Source: a virus (lineage: Duplodnaviria; Caudoviricetes). Taken from it: a stretch of DNA of 64,000 bases. Positions 29,729 through 37,874 of the stretch are shown piece after piece (within the stretch, counting starts at the first letter, position 1; each line of letters starts with the position of its first letter). The notes under the pieces are model-generated. The model was not told the origin of the DNA. It saw nothing but the letters and a program-made list of their open reading frames with translations, and ran no database searches. The position numbers were made by a program, and so were the translations under genes. Location of the stretch: IMG/VR virus record IMGVR_UViG_3300034052_000013, positions 18,144-82,143 of that record, one strand, 5' to 3'.

Positions 29729-30631
29729 ATGAATAGTTTACAAATGGTTTTAGAAGTTACGTATGTAACAAATGGTTTAACACCCACTGCAGTAGAGGGT
29801 GTTGATTTCTTTTTTAGAAATTATACTTTAAAAGGTTTAATAACTTATACATTGCCTTTAGGAGCAGTTCCTGCAGAATGGAATGTTCATTATACAGTTA
29901 TAAACCCTTCTAATCAATATATTACATATCCTGTAACAACTTGTGATGTTGCTCCAAATGCAATACAATTCACTCCAACAGAATTAGGTAATTATACAGT
30001 TCAATGTACAATTGAAGATACAAATACAGGTAATATGTATGAAGAGTCTCTTACAGTTGGGTGTTGGAATTTTTTGACATCAGAGTTAACAGCATGTGGT
30101 AGTTTCATTATTACTAATAATTCTCCAGTAGATGTTTCTATTTCTGTAGATGGTATTGATGATAGTGTTGTTATAACTGACCAAAATATCCCTACCACAG
30201 AATCTTATACTTTAGAAGTTACTGACCCTTTAATTTATTTTTTAACAGCTACTTATATACCTGTAGGGGAAATTGATGAGGTAGAAGAAGTATATGTATT
30301 AAATAACTATTGTGCTGTTAATGATTGTATCAGTTCTTATATCCTTGATGTAGTTTGTGAAGATACTAGAGAATGTAAAGAGTGCCCTTCAGAAACAGAT
30401 TTAAATCAGTTGTTGTTATTAGTGTATACTTATACTATGAAGTTAAATGAAGAGTACGGTATCAGTAATTTTTACACAACTTTAAATCAATCTCAATTGC
30501 AAGATTTTACAACTATACAATCTGTAATGGATAGGTTAGTTAAATTTTGTAATCGCCGCAATTGTGCGGGGGTTAGTAATAATAATCCAGGGTATAGTTG
30601 GTCAAATTCAGGTTGTACATCATGCAATTAA
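29729..30631 (+). CDS. Probable virion protein, Ig/PKD-like N-terminus and Cys-rich C-terminus
   Basis: Thr/Val-rich beta strands (GNYTVQCTIEDT). C-terminal CEDTRECKEC and CNRRNC...CTSC clusters. Confidence 0.5.
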   Translation: MNSLQMVLEVTYVTNGLTPTAVEGVDFFFRNYTLKGLITYTLPLGAVPAEWNVHYTVINPSNQYITYPVTTCDVAPNAIQFTPTELGNYTVQCTIEDTNTGNMYEESLTVGCWNFLTSELTACGSFIITNNSPVDVSISVDGIDDSVVITDQNIPTTESYTLEVTDPLIYFLTATYIPVGEIDEVEEVYVLNNYCAVNDCISSYILDVVCEDTRECKECPSETDLNQLLLLVYTYTMKLNEEYGISNFYTTLNQSQLQDFTTIQSVMDRLVKFCNRRNCAGVSNNNPGYSWSNSGCTSCN

Positions 30632-31530
30632 CAGGTTTAAGAGCACCTTCAAAGTACAAGGCTACTTTAGTTGGGAAAGATAAGTTATTTTATAAAGGTT
30701 GGGGTGTTATTGAAAATAAAGTCACCACACTATCTGATTTAGCTAAAACTTACACATCAAATGGTGTAGCTGATAAAGCTTTATATTATTTTAAAGCAGC
30801 TAATATGTATTTTTATTATCTTCACTTATTAATTTGTATTAAAGAAGAGTGTGATACGTATGGTTATACAATAGATAGTGAAGAAATTATAGAGAAGTAT
30901 AAATTAACATGTGTTGAAGAAAATCTTGTTTGTCTTAGTAAATATTACGGAACAGATTACACAACAACTTATAACAACCTTGTAACAGCTATTTTTTCTA
31001 CAGATTTAGTAGTAACTCCTACATATTTTACAATTTTTGATGATTGGTATGTACCTACAATTGGAGATATGGCTGAAATTTATACAAATTTAATGTTAAT
31101 TGGTAACCCTGGACAATATGATTTACAAGGTGTTTATGGTACTTGTACAGCTGTCCAAAGTATTGGAGACCATAATGTAGTAGCTTTAGATGCAGCTATT
31201 GGTGTTGCAGGACAAAACCGTGCACGTACTTTACCCTTACTTACAATTCCTGTTAGACAATTTAAATCTCCTGATTATTCAATAGGAGATGTTGGTCCAG
31301 CAGGTGGTTATATTTATTCTGTCAGTAATGCAGATGTTTGTTATGAAGCTTTAGATGTTACTCATGTAGTTGAATTACCTTTTGGTTTAGATGGTGTTTT
31401 TGTAAACCCAATTTATCAAAGTGTAGGTGAAGGTCTCCAAGCTCAAGCTGATTTATTGTTATTAATGGAACCTTTAGAGGATTATCACAACTCTACAGTT
31501 AATATTTCTAGAAAAGAATATTTAGTTTAA
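30622..31530 (+). CDS. Probable virion protein with DUF1566/Lcl-like motifs
   Basis: DDWYVPT, IPVRQF and YSIGDVGPAGG motifs. ATG 30622 overlaps the previous gene end. Confidence 0.45.
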   Translation: MQLTGLRAPSKYKATLVGKDKLFYKGWGVIENKVTTLSDLAKTYTSNGVADKALYYFKAANMYFYYLHLLICIKEECDTYGYTIDSEEIIEKYKLTCVEENLVCLSKYYGTDYTTTYNNLVTAIFSTDLVVTPTYFTIFDDWYVPTIGDMAEIYTNLMLIGNPGQYDLQGVYGTCTAVQSIGDHNVVALDAAIGVAGQNRARTLPLLTIPVRQFKSPDYSIGDVGPAGGYIYSVSNADVCYEALDVTHVVELPFGLDGVFVNPIYQSVGEGLQAQADLLLLMEPLEDYHNSTVNISRKEYLV

Positions 31531-31542
31531 TTATACGTTAAA

Positions 31543-31578
31543 ACATATAAAATAGGAGTTTAACCCTATTTTATATGT
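31543..31578. terminator. Hairpin at the convergence of the late (+) and replication (-) blocks, probable bidirectional terminator
   Basis: Perfect 14-bp stem ACATATAAAATAGG / CCTATTTTATATGT with an 8-nt loop, between convergent stop codons. Confidence 0.75.
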
Positions 31579-31592
31579 GATAGCATATAATA

Positions 31593-31796
31593 TTAATCAT
31601 TATCTAAACTTTGCCAATTTTTATTAAGATTAATATATTCAATACACTTTAGTACAATTTCTTTAGCTTCTTCTTTTGTTCTGTATTGTAAGATTTTTGC
31701 AATGTGCTGAGCAAAATTATCTGATGAGATGTTTTTATACTCCCAACCACATTGGCAAGGAGTGTCCCAACATTTAGGACAGTCTGACAAGCTCAT
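31593..31796 (-). CDS. Small Cys-rich hypothetical protein
   Basis: MSLSDCPKCWDTPCQCG, starts 2 nt after the exonuclease stop. Confidence 0.6.
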   Translation of the reverse strand: MSLSDCPKCWDTPCQCGWEYKNISSDNFAQHIAKILQYRTKEEAKEIVLKCIEYINLNKNWQSLDND

Positions 31797-31798
31797 AA

Positions 31799-32779
31799 TC
31801 ACAACTTAATAAAACCGTTATTAATCATCTCATAAGGTATAGAAAAGTCTCCTGTTAACCTTTGTTTTTTAAAATCGTCATAGATTTCTCCAATACTTTT
31901 AAGAAGTCTTGTTGATGTTCTATGTTTCTTTCTCCAAGAGTAATAATCTAATTCATAAACAAAAGGTTGTTCAACATTCTGAAAAGAGCTTACTATAAAT
32001 TTAAAAGGTAAGATAGTATAAGTTGGATAAAATTGTTTTGCCCAATACACCATACCTATAGTATAAAGTTCACCTTGTAAATCGTATCTATATTTCATAA
32101 CATTGTTATTAAAATAGATTGCTTTTTCTTCCATAGTTTTATAATCTGCAGGTTGAATAGTTCTAGTTACATGGTCCACTTGTACTTGATCCAACATCAC
32201 TTTAAATAAATCTTCTTCATGTTTAAATGAAAAAGCTAATTGATAATGATTTACTAATTGATTAGGGACTTCTGTAAAATATTTAGCTGTATAACAATTA
32301 CTCTTGACAAATGCAATCATATTCTTAATAGCAGCATCATCTTCTTGACTTAAACAAATCTTATCTTTTTGAGCTACACTTTCTATAATATACGCATTTA
32401 AATCAGGTGTAAGTTTAGCTAATCGTTTAACAGGGTCTTTTATATTACTCCATAAATTTAAAGTCTCAGATGCTTGTAAAAATATCTCCTCTGTTATAGG
32501 TTCTTGTGTTCGTTTAGCAAAATCAATTAAATAATTTGCTAAAGTTAAAGCAGATTCAGTTGGTACAGCAACTCTTGAAATGTAAAACTGTTGGTTATAA
32601 GCTTCTATACCATCATAAAGTAGAACATCAGCTGCACTCCCTTTTGAGAGTGCATTAGATGTTGTTGTATCATCTTTAAGCATATTTGCAGGGTCTGCAT
32701 CAAATGCTTTTAAACGACTTGTATTTAAAGCGGGAGAGTTAAAATATTCTTCCCGATTTTTAAAAATCTTTTCTATCAT
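31799..32779 (-). CDS. PD-(D/E)XK exonuclease (RecE/exonuclease VIII-like)
   Basis: LNTSRLK, KVMLD...ADYKT and YDLQGELY nuclease motifs. Confidence 0.75.
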   Translation of the reverse strand: MIEKIFKNREEYFNSPALNTSRLKAFDADPANMLKDDTTTSNALSKGSAADVLLYDGIEAYNQQFYISRVAVPTESALTLANYLIDFAKRTQEPITEEIFLQASETLNLWSNIKDPVKRLAKLTPDLNAYIIESVAQKDKICLSQEDDAAIKNMIAFVKSNCYTAKYFTEVPNQLVNHYQLAFSFKHEEDLFKVMLDQVQVDHVTRTIQPADYKTMEEKAIYFNNNVMKYRYDLQGELYTIGMVYWAKQFYPTYTILPFKFIVSSFQNVEQPFVYELDYYSWRKKHRTSTRLLKSIGEIYDDFKKQRLTGDFSIPYEMINNGFIKL

Positions 32780-33440
32780 ATATATATTTTAATTCGTTTT
32801 GGTACTCTTTGTTTTTTAAAATTCGAGGGTCTTTTTCCTCGGTTATTATGAAAACAAGTTTTCTTTCTTCTGAACTGCTGACAGGAATAAATTTAGGAAC
32901 AGGTGGTTGAGTAATAAATAAAATATTATCATCAGGTATCAACTGTTTACTTTTTCCTCTATCTCCTGTAAGACAATCTTGAAAAGCTTTTATGTAAGGG
33001 TAACTTCTATTATCACAATCCCATAAATTGTGACTAGAACTTTCTCTGATTGTATCATGTATCTCACAAAAAATACAAATTGGAAATTTTGTAATAGGTT
33101 GAAGTTGTTCTACATAAGGTTTTAAATTTTCTTTTATTGCAGATAATAATTTACCTCTTTGATGTTTTCCTATTTCTTGATTATATATTTTTTGACCATT
33201 GATAGTAACATTTTTAGGTGTACCTGCAGATTTAGGATTAGCTACAACACGTTCTCCTGTTTCTAAATTGGTTAAGAATTTTTTATTATGTAACATAGGA
33301 TACAATCTGTAGTCGTATTTAGTCCTATCTAAATATTTTTTTGCCTTAGGTGGTTTTTTCCCATATTCATAATATCTTATTCTTCTTGCTTTAGAGATAT
33401 TAACTTCTCTAATGTATTGTGGTATTTCTATAGTTTGCAT
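32760..33440 (-). CDS. RusA-like Holliday junction resolvase
   Basis: WDCDN...KAFQDCL...IPDDN acidic pattern of RusA-like resolvases, in the replication block. Confidence 0.55.
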   Translation of the reverse strand: MQTIEIPQYIREVNISKARRIRYYEYGKKPPKAKKYLDRTKYDYRLYPMLHNKKFLTNLETGERVVANPKSAGTPKNVTINGQKIYNQEIGKHQRGKLLSAIKENLKPYVEQLQPITKFPICIFCEIHDTIRESSSHNLWDCDNRSYPYIKAFQDCLTGDRGKSKQLIPDDNILFITQPPVPKFIPVSSSEERKLVFIITEEKDPRILKNKEYQNELKYIYDRKDF

Positions 33441-33462
33441 ATTATATTTTTATAATACACAG

Positions 33463-34434
33463 TTAATGAAGAAGCGTCTTAATAGCTTCGAGCATTTTGA
33501 CAGGTCCTTTAAGTGCTAGATAATCAGCAGGGTCTTTAGCTCCAAAGTTTTTTGTTTTAAAACGTCCATTAGTTAGAAATAAAGGTTTAATTTTATATAA
33601 TTTTTTCATCTTATTAGATGTTCGTATTCCTGTTAAGTCAAAATCATATAACGTATGTATAGTTTCAAATCGAGAACTTAATTCTTCATATAATTTGACA
33701 TCTATAATTTGTGTTTCTGATTGAGGAGCTATAGCAGGGATATTAAAATTATACAATACCATAATATCTTTTAATGCTTTTGTTATTATTAATGTTTTTC
33801 CTGTTTGAGGTAATTGTTTTAGCCCTTGCACTACATTTGTATTGCATAAAAATCTTGCATTTTTTCTCTTTGGAAAATAAATTTTAAATTTATCTTCTTC
33901 AAATATATAAATATATGCAGGATCGTTTTTACTGTTTGTATAATGTAATTTACTATTTAACCAAATAAGGTTAATAGGGTATACATTGTAGTATTGTAAA
34001 AGCTCTTGGCTAATGTAAAATTTATTCCAATATTCTAAATCTTGTTTATCCCATTTCCGTGTTTGGTAATTAATAACTGATTTAGTTTGTATTAACTTTG
34101 TTATTGCTACTTTTTTGAAAGCTTTTTCATTTTCGTAATCAAGTAGTTCAAAGTCGTTTGCGATAATTAGTAAAGCTTCTTTAAAAGAAACGCTGTACAT
34201 AAATTGAACTAATGCAAAACAGTTTCCTGAAAAGTGCCCAGAGAAATCTTTCATATGTAAATTTCCTGCATTAGTAATAAAGAATTTACATGTGGGATTT
34301 TTATCTATTCGTAAAGGTGAGCAAAAAGGTTTATTTAAGTCTACCTCTATACCAAGGTAAAAAGAGAAGATTTCCTCTTCGGAAACCCTCTCTTGTATCC
34401 ACTTGTAAGTTATATCAGGTATAAACTTAAACAT
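33463..34434 (-). CDS. dnaG: DNA primase (Zn finger + TOPRIM)
   Basis: FCSPLRIDKNPTC zinc-binding region, TKALKD, YDFDLTG, KDPAD. Confidence 0.88.
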   Translation of the reverse strand: MFKFIPDITYKWIQERVSEEEIFSFYLGIEVDLNKPFCSPLRIDKNPTCKFFITNAGNLHMKDFSGHFSGNCFALVQFMYSVSFKEALLIIANDFELLDYENEKAFKKVAITKLIQTKSVINYQTRKWDKQDLEYWNKFYISQELLQYYNVYPINLIWLNSKLHYTNSKNDPAYIYIFEEDKFKIYFPKRKNARFLCNTNVVQGLKQLPQTGKTLIITKALKDIMVLYNFNIPAIAPQSETQIIDVKLYEELSSRFETIHTLYDFDLTGIRTSNKMKKLYKIKPLFLTNGRFKTKNFGAKDPADYLALKGPVKMLEAIKTLLH

Positions 34435-34436
34435 CT

Positions 34437-35084
34437 CTAAAATGGTAAATCGTCCATTGCAGGTTGAGGTGGTATTCCAGCTAAATTAAACGCTTGCTCA
34501 GGTGCTGAGTTTGTGCTTAAATTAACTGCTGGTGTTTGTGATACAGGCATTGGAATAGTTCTCTCATAGAAAAGCCCTGTTTTAGGATTTACTTTTAGAT
34601 TCAACCGTAATACCCTATTTGGAGTTTTATCTGTTACAATAAAATCAGGGAATAGTGGGAATGTGTTCATATCCTTATTATTCAATACGATTTTTAATTT
34701 GCACGGATAATTTAATGCAAATTTTGTAAGAGCTTTCATAATATTAGTTCCAAACTCTACCCAATTTTTACCTTGTACTTTTAACACAACATCTTCATCC
34801 ATATAAGCTGCTAAAATGTGTTTTATTTGTGCAATTGTTCTTTTAACAGTGTCTACTGAATAATATTGGTCAGTATCATTAAAAGTATTTTCCCAAATAA
34901 TAAAAGTAAAATCTCCTTGATTAGAAGGGTCTGTACCTTTAAATATTAGACTTAAATCTTTTGTAGGATTACCATCTTTATCTTTTCTAAATTCTACATT
35001 TGATAACACAGCTGCGATATTCACACCTGCAGTTAAAGGTTTGTAACCTGAACTTTCTGCATCTACGTCTTGTAAATTAAACAT
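34437..35084 (-). CDS. Putative ssDNA-binding/annealing accessory protein (DUF669-like)
   Basis: Beta-rich N-terminus, flexible tail ending DDLPF, adjacent to the AAA ATPase. Confidence 0.55.
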   Translation of the reverse strand: MFNLQDVDAESSGYKPLTAGVNIAAVLSNVEFRKDKDGNPTKDLSLIFKGTDPSNQGDFTFIIWENTFNDTDQYYSVDTVKRTIAQIKHILAAYMDEDVVLKVQGKNWVEFGTNIMKALTKFALNYPCKLKIVLNNKDMNTFPLFPDFIVTDKTPNRVLRLNLKVNPKTGLFYERTIPMPVSQTPAVNLSTNSAPEQAFNLAGIPPQPAMDDLPF

Positions 35085-35107
35085 AATTTTAAATTTTTAA
35101 ATTGTTA

Positions 35108-35866
35108 CTATTTTAAATATATTTGACTCCAATCAATGGTTAAATTTTCATTTTCATCAGATTCAATTATGCAAAACTCTTTGTTTTTTAAATGTAAACA
35201 ACGAGAACCACATACAACATCTTCTGAGGTTGTGAAATTTAATATTGTTTTGTTGTCTTTTCTGTACAGATATGCGATTGCATCTACATCTGCACAAAGT
35301 ATGTTGGAGATTTTACCTGTTAAATCTAACTCTTTAGATGAAACTTCTTCTCCTTTTTTATCAATTAATTTGTCAGCTAAATGCCCAACAAAAATGATAT
35401 TGTCTGCTAGACTTTTGATGTAGGTAATTAAATTGAAAAATGCTTGTCTTAAATATAAGTAACCTGCTCCTTTAGGCAACTCTCTAACATCTGTACCTAC
35501 CCAATTAACTCCCATAGGAGATTGTTTGTAAAGGTCAGCTGCATAAGGTAAACAATATTCTTCTAATTTAGTTACAGTGTCTACAATAATCCCTTTATAA
35601 GGTTTATTGGCTTTAAGAATAGCTGTACCAATTTCTGCTATGCAAACTTGTACACTTTTCTTTTCTTGTGACATCATTTTAACGACATCAATTCTAACAG
35701 CTTCAACAAAATCTGTACCTCCTGGTTCAAGTGATAATAAAAGCCAACCATGTTTTGTTGTAAGTTCAGCTACAGCTGTTGTTTTACCTGTTTTAGGTTT
35801 GGCAAATATTATTAAACTTTGAGGATTTTGTCTTTGTACTGGTGTTACTTTAGTTGGTAATTCCAT
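35108..35866 (-). CDS. AAA_24/Sak4-like ATPase
   Basis: IIFAKPKTGKTT Walker A, IIVDTVT Walker B, FVGH. Confidence 0.8.
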   Translation of the reverse strand: MELPTKVTPVQRQNPQSLIIFAKPKTGKTTAVAELTTKHGWLLLSLEPGGTDFVEAVRIDVVKMMSQEKKSVQVCIAEIGTAILKANKPYKGIIVDTVTKLEEYCLPYAADLYKQSPMGVNWVGTDVRELPKGAGYLYLRQAFFNLITYIKSLADNIIFVGHLADKLIDKKGEEVSSKELDLTGKISNILCADVDAIAYLYRKDNKTILNFTTSEDVVCGSRCLHLKNKEFCIIESDENENLTIDWSQIYLK

Positions 35867-35869
35867 AAT

Positions 35870-37240
35870 TTATTTTTTAAGGTTAAAACTACATTCTCCT
35901 CGTAATCGAAATTCGGTTACAAGTTCATAGAATATTTCTTTGGACATCTCTTCAAAATCAAAACGATGAAGATTATTCCACATTGGTATTGTTAAATCAG
36001 ACTCTCCTGATCGTTGTTTTAATAATTCAAAATAAGCCATTTGCATATAGTTATCAGGCCCCATTTTAACCTTTACAGGGTAATTTTGAGATGTGTAAGA
36101 TGTGATACCTAATTTTGCAGGGATATGATTTATTATTATGTAGTCACAACAGTGTTCTCAGTTTTGTTATCTCTAAGGCTCTTTATCCCTAGATTCTGCA
36201 ATTTCATTTCATTATAGTTGCAGCTCAGACTATATCATCATCTTACGGACTGTAAGATGTCGGATGTTCGTGGATATGTTATATTCTAATAAGAGGACTC
36301 TCTCCGGTGAGTAATTTAAGCTTGAGTACGTGAATACAGAGCTCCTATTTAGTAGTTTCAATATCTAGTCGTTGAACCCGCCAAGAGCATTTAACTCTTG
36401 GATAGGCTGCTGATTATCTATCTCTAGGTTTTCCAGCAATTTATCCGATTTAACGAGTACTTAATTTGTACAAATACTCGAGGCTCCAAACAAGTCTGAA
36501 CAAGATGGACGATGTAAATCTGAAACTTTAATTCTTTCTTTATCTCTAATATCTCTATTCATTTGAGATAAAACAATTCCGATAGAATTTCCACCATCAG
36601 CTACAATCTTTTTCTTAAATTGTATTAAACTGTACATCAATTCATCTATTCTTTCTTTTTCTGAAGAACCTTGTCTACCTTTAGTTAAAAGAGCATGGTC
36701 AATTTCATATACAAGAACTTTATTGTAAGGTTTACATTCTGTTTCATAGTAATGCCACAAACTATCAACAATAGTTTGAGCTGTACCTGGAACTTCAATA
36801 AACCATACATTATCTTTTTCTGACATTTTCTTATAATGTTTTTTTAACTCCTCATAATCTTGTTCACTTAAAGGTTCATCAACAGAGTAAAGTTTTTTTA
36901 AACTTATATTTGCTTCAGTTACAATTGCTCTTGCCACCTCTTGATGAGATAACATTTCAAAATTGAAAATGTACTGGTTAAAATCTACATCTTTGTTTAA
37001 TTCACATAAAGATTCTCTTATGCATTTTGCAATAGTAGATTTACCTGCACCAGAAAGTGCTGATATACAAGTTATCGTATTAAGCTCTACTCCACCCATA
37101 AGGTAGCTGTTTAATCTTGTAAACTTTGTTTCAAGTGATTTAATTAAACCTAATTTTCTATCTGTAACATATTTAAAATTTTGTACAGTTGCATCTCTTA
37201 TAGAGACTTTAGGTGAAATTATATTAACCGAGCTTGACAT
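35870..37240 (-). CDS. dnaB: DnaB-like replicative helicase, spliced (exon 1 37240-36474, exon 2 36158-35870; 351 aa)
   Basis: SALSGAGKST, LSQMNR and LLKQRSG motifs. Splicing gives ...TCG AGT AT|A GAA CAC TGT TGT GAC = SSIEHCCD, matching the DnaB SIEQDAD motif, and keeps the frame (767+289 nt). Confidence 0.88.
36159..36473 (-). mobile_element. ORF-less group I intron (315 nt) in dnaB
   Basis: On the - strand: P AATTGCTGGAAA, Q AATCAGCAG, R GTTCAACGACTAG, S GATATAGTCTG. P1 CGAGTAT/GTACTCG with U.G at the 5' splice site, terminal G at 36159. Confidence 0.92.
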
Positions 37241-37817
37241 CTGAAATACTTTTAGGATTAAATTTTGAACGTTGGTCTCTGATAAATAGCCAATACCTAG
37301 AAGCTACAAATTGCTTTAAACCAACTGGTAACATATTGTTTTTTACAGCCCATTGTAAATCATCAAGAACCTTTTCATGTTCTTCAGATTTTTTACCGAT
37401 AGCTTTTAAATAATCTTTTGCAATTTCTTCAGCAGAAGCTGTTTTTGCAAAGAATTCAAAATTATCTTTTACAATTCTGTAGGGATATGCTTCCCACAAT
37501 TGGGATGGCAAACCTGTCACTTGAAGTACAAACTTTTTCAAGTATTTAGGATTGATTTCAAAAGAGTCATAATACAACTGCCCTTTTACATTATAATCAA
37601 TAATAATTTCTCTTTTAAGTAAATCTTCAAGCTCTTCATGCGAAAGTGGACAAAGTGTTTGATATTCAAGTGCCATCGCAGCACTATATCGTGTCCATTC
37701 CGAATCTGTTAGAGAATAATCTCTTGCTAACATTTTTATAAACATTAATTGTTTAGGTGTTAGTTTCAATTCTCTTAACAGTGTTAAATCTTCTTTTACA
37801 GTAAATAACATAGTCAA
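37224..37817 (-). CDS. Hypothetical replication protein upstream of dnaB (possible loader/initiator)
   Basis: 197 aa ORF overlapping the dnaB start. Function inferred from position only. Confidence 0.5.
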   Translation of the reverse strand: MTMLFTVKEDLTLLRELKLTPKQLMFIKMLARDYSLTDSEWTRYSAAMALEYQTLCPLSHEELEDLLKREIIIDYNVKGQLYYDSFEINPKYLKKFVLQVTGLPSQLWEAYPYRIVKDNFEFFAKTASAEEIAKDYLKAIGKKSEEHEKVLDDLQWAVKNNMLPVGLKQFVASRYWLFIRDQRSKFNPKSISDVKLG

Positions 37818-37874
37818 TATGTGTTAAATGAATAATAAATACTATAAAAGAGTTTTGTTCGTACAAAGTTGACA

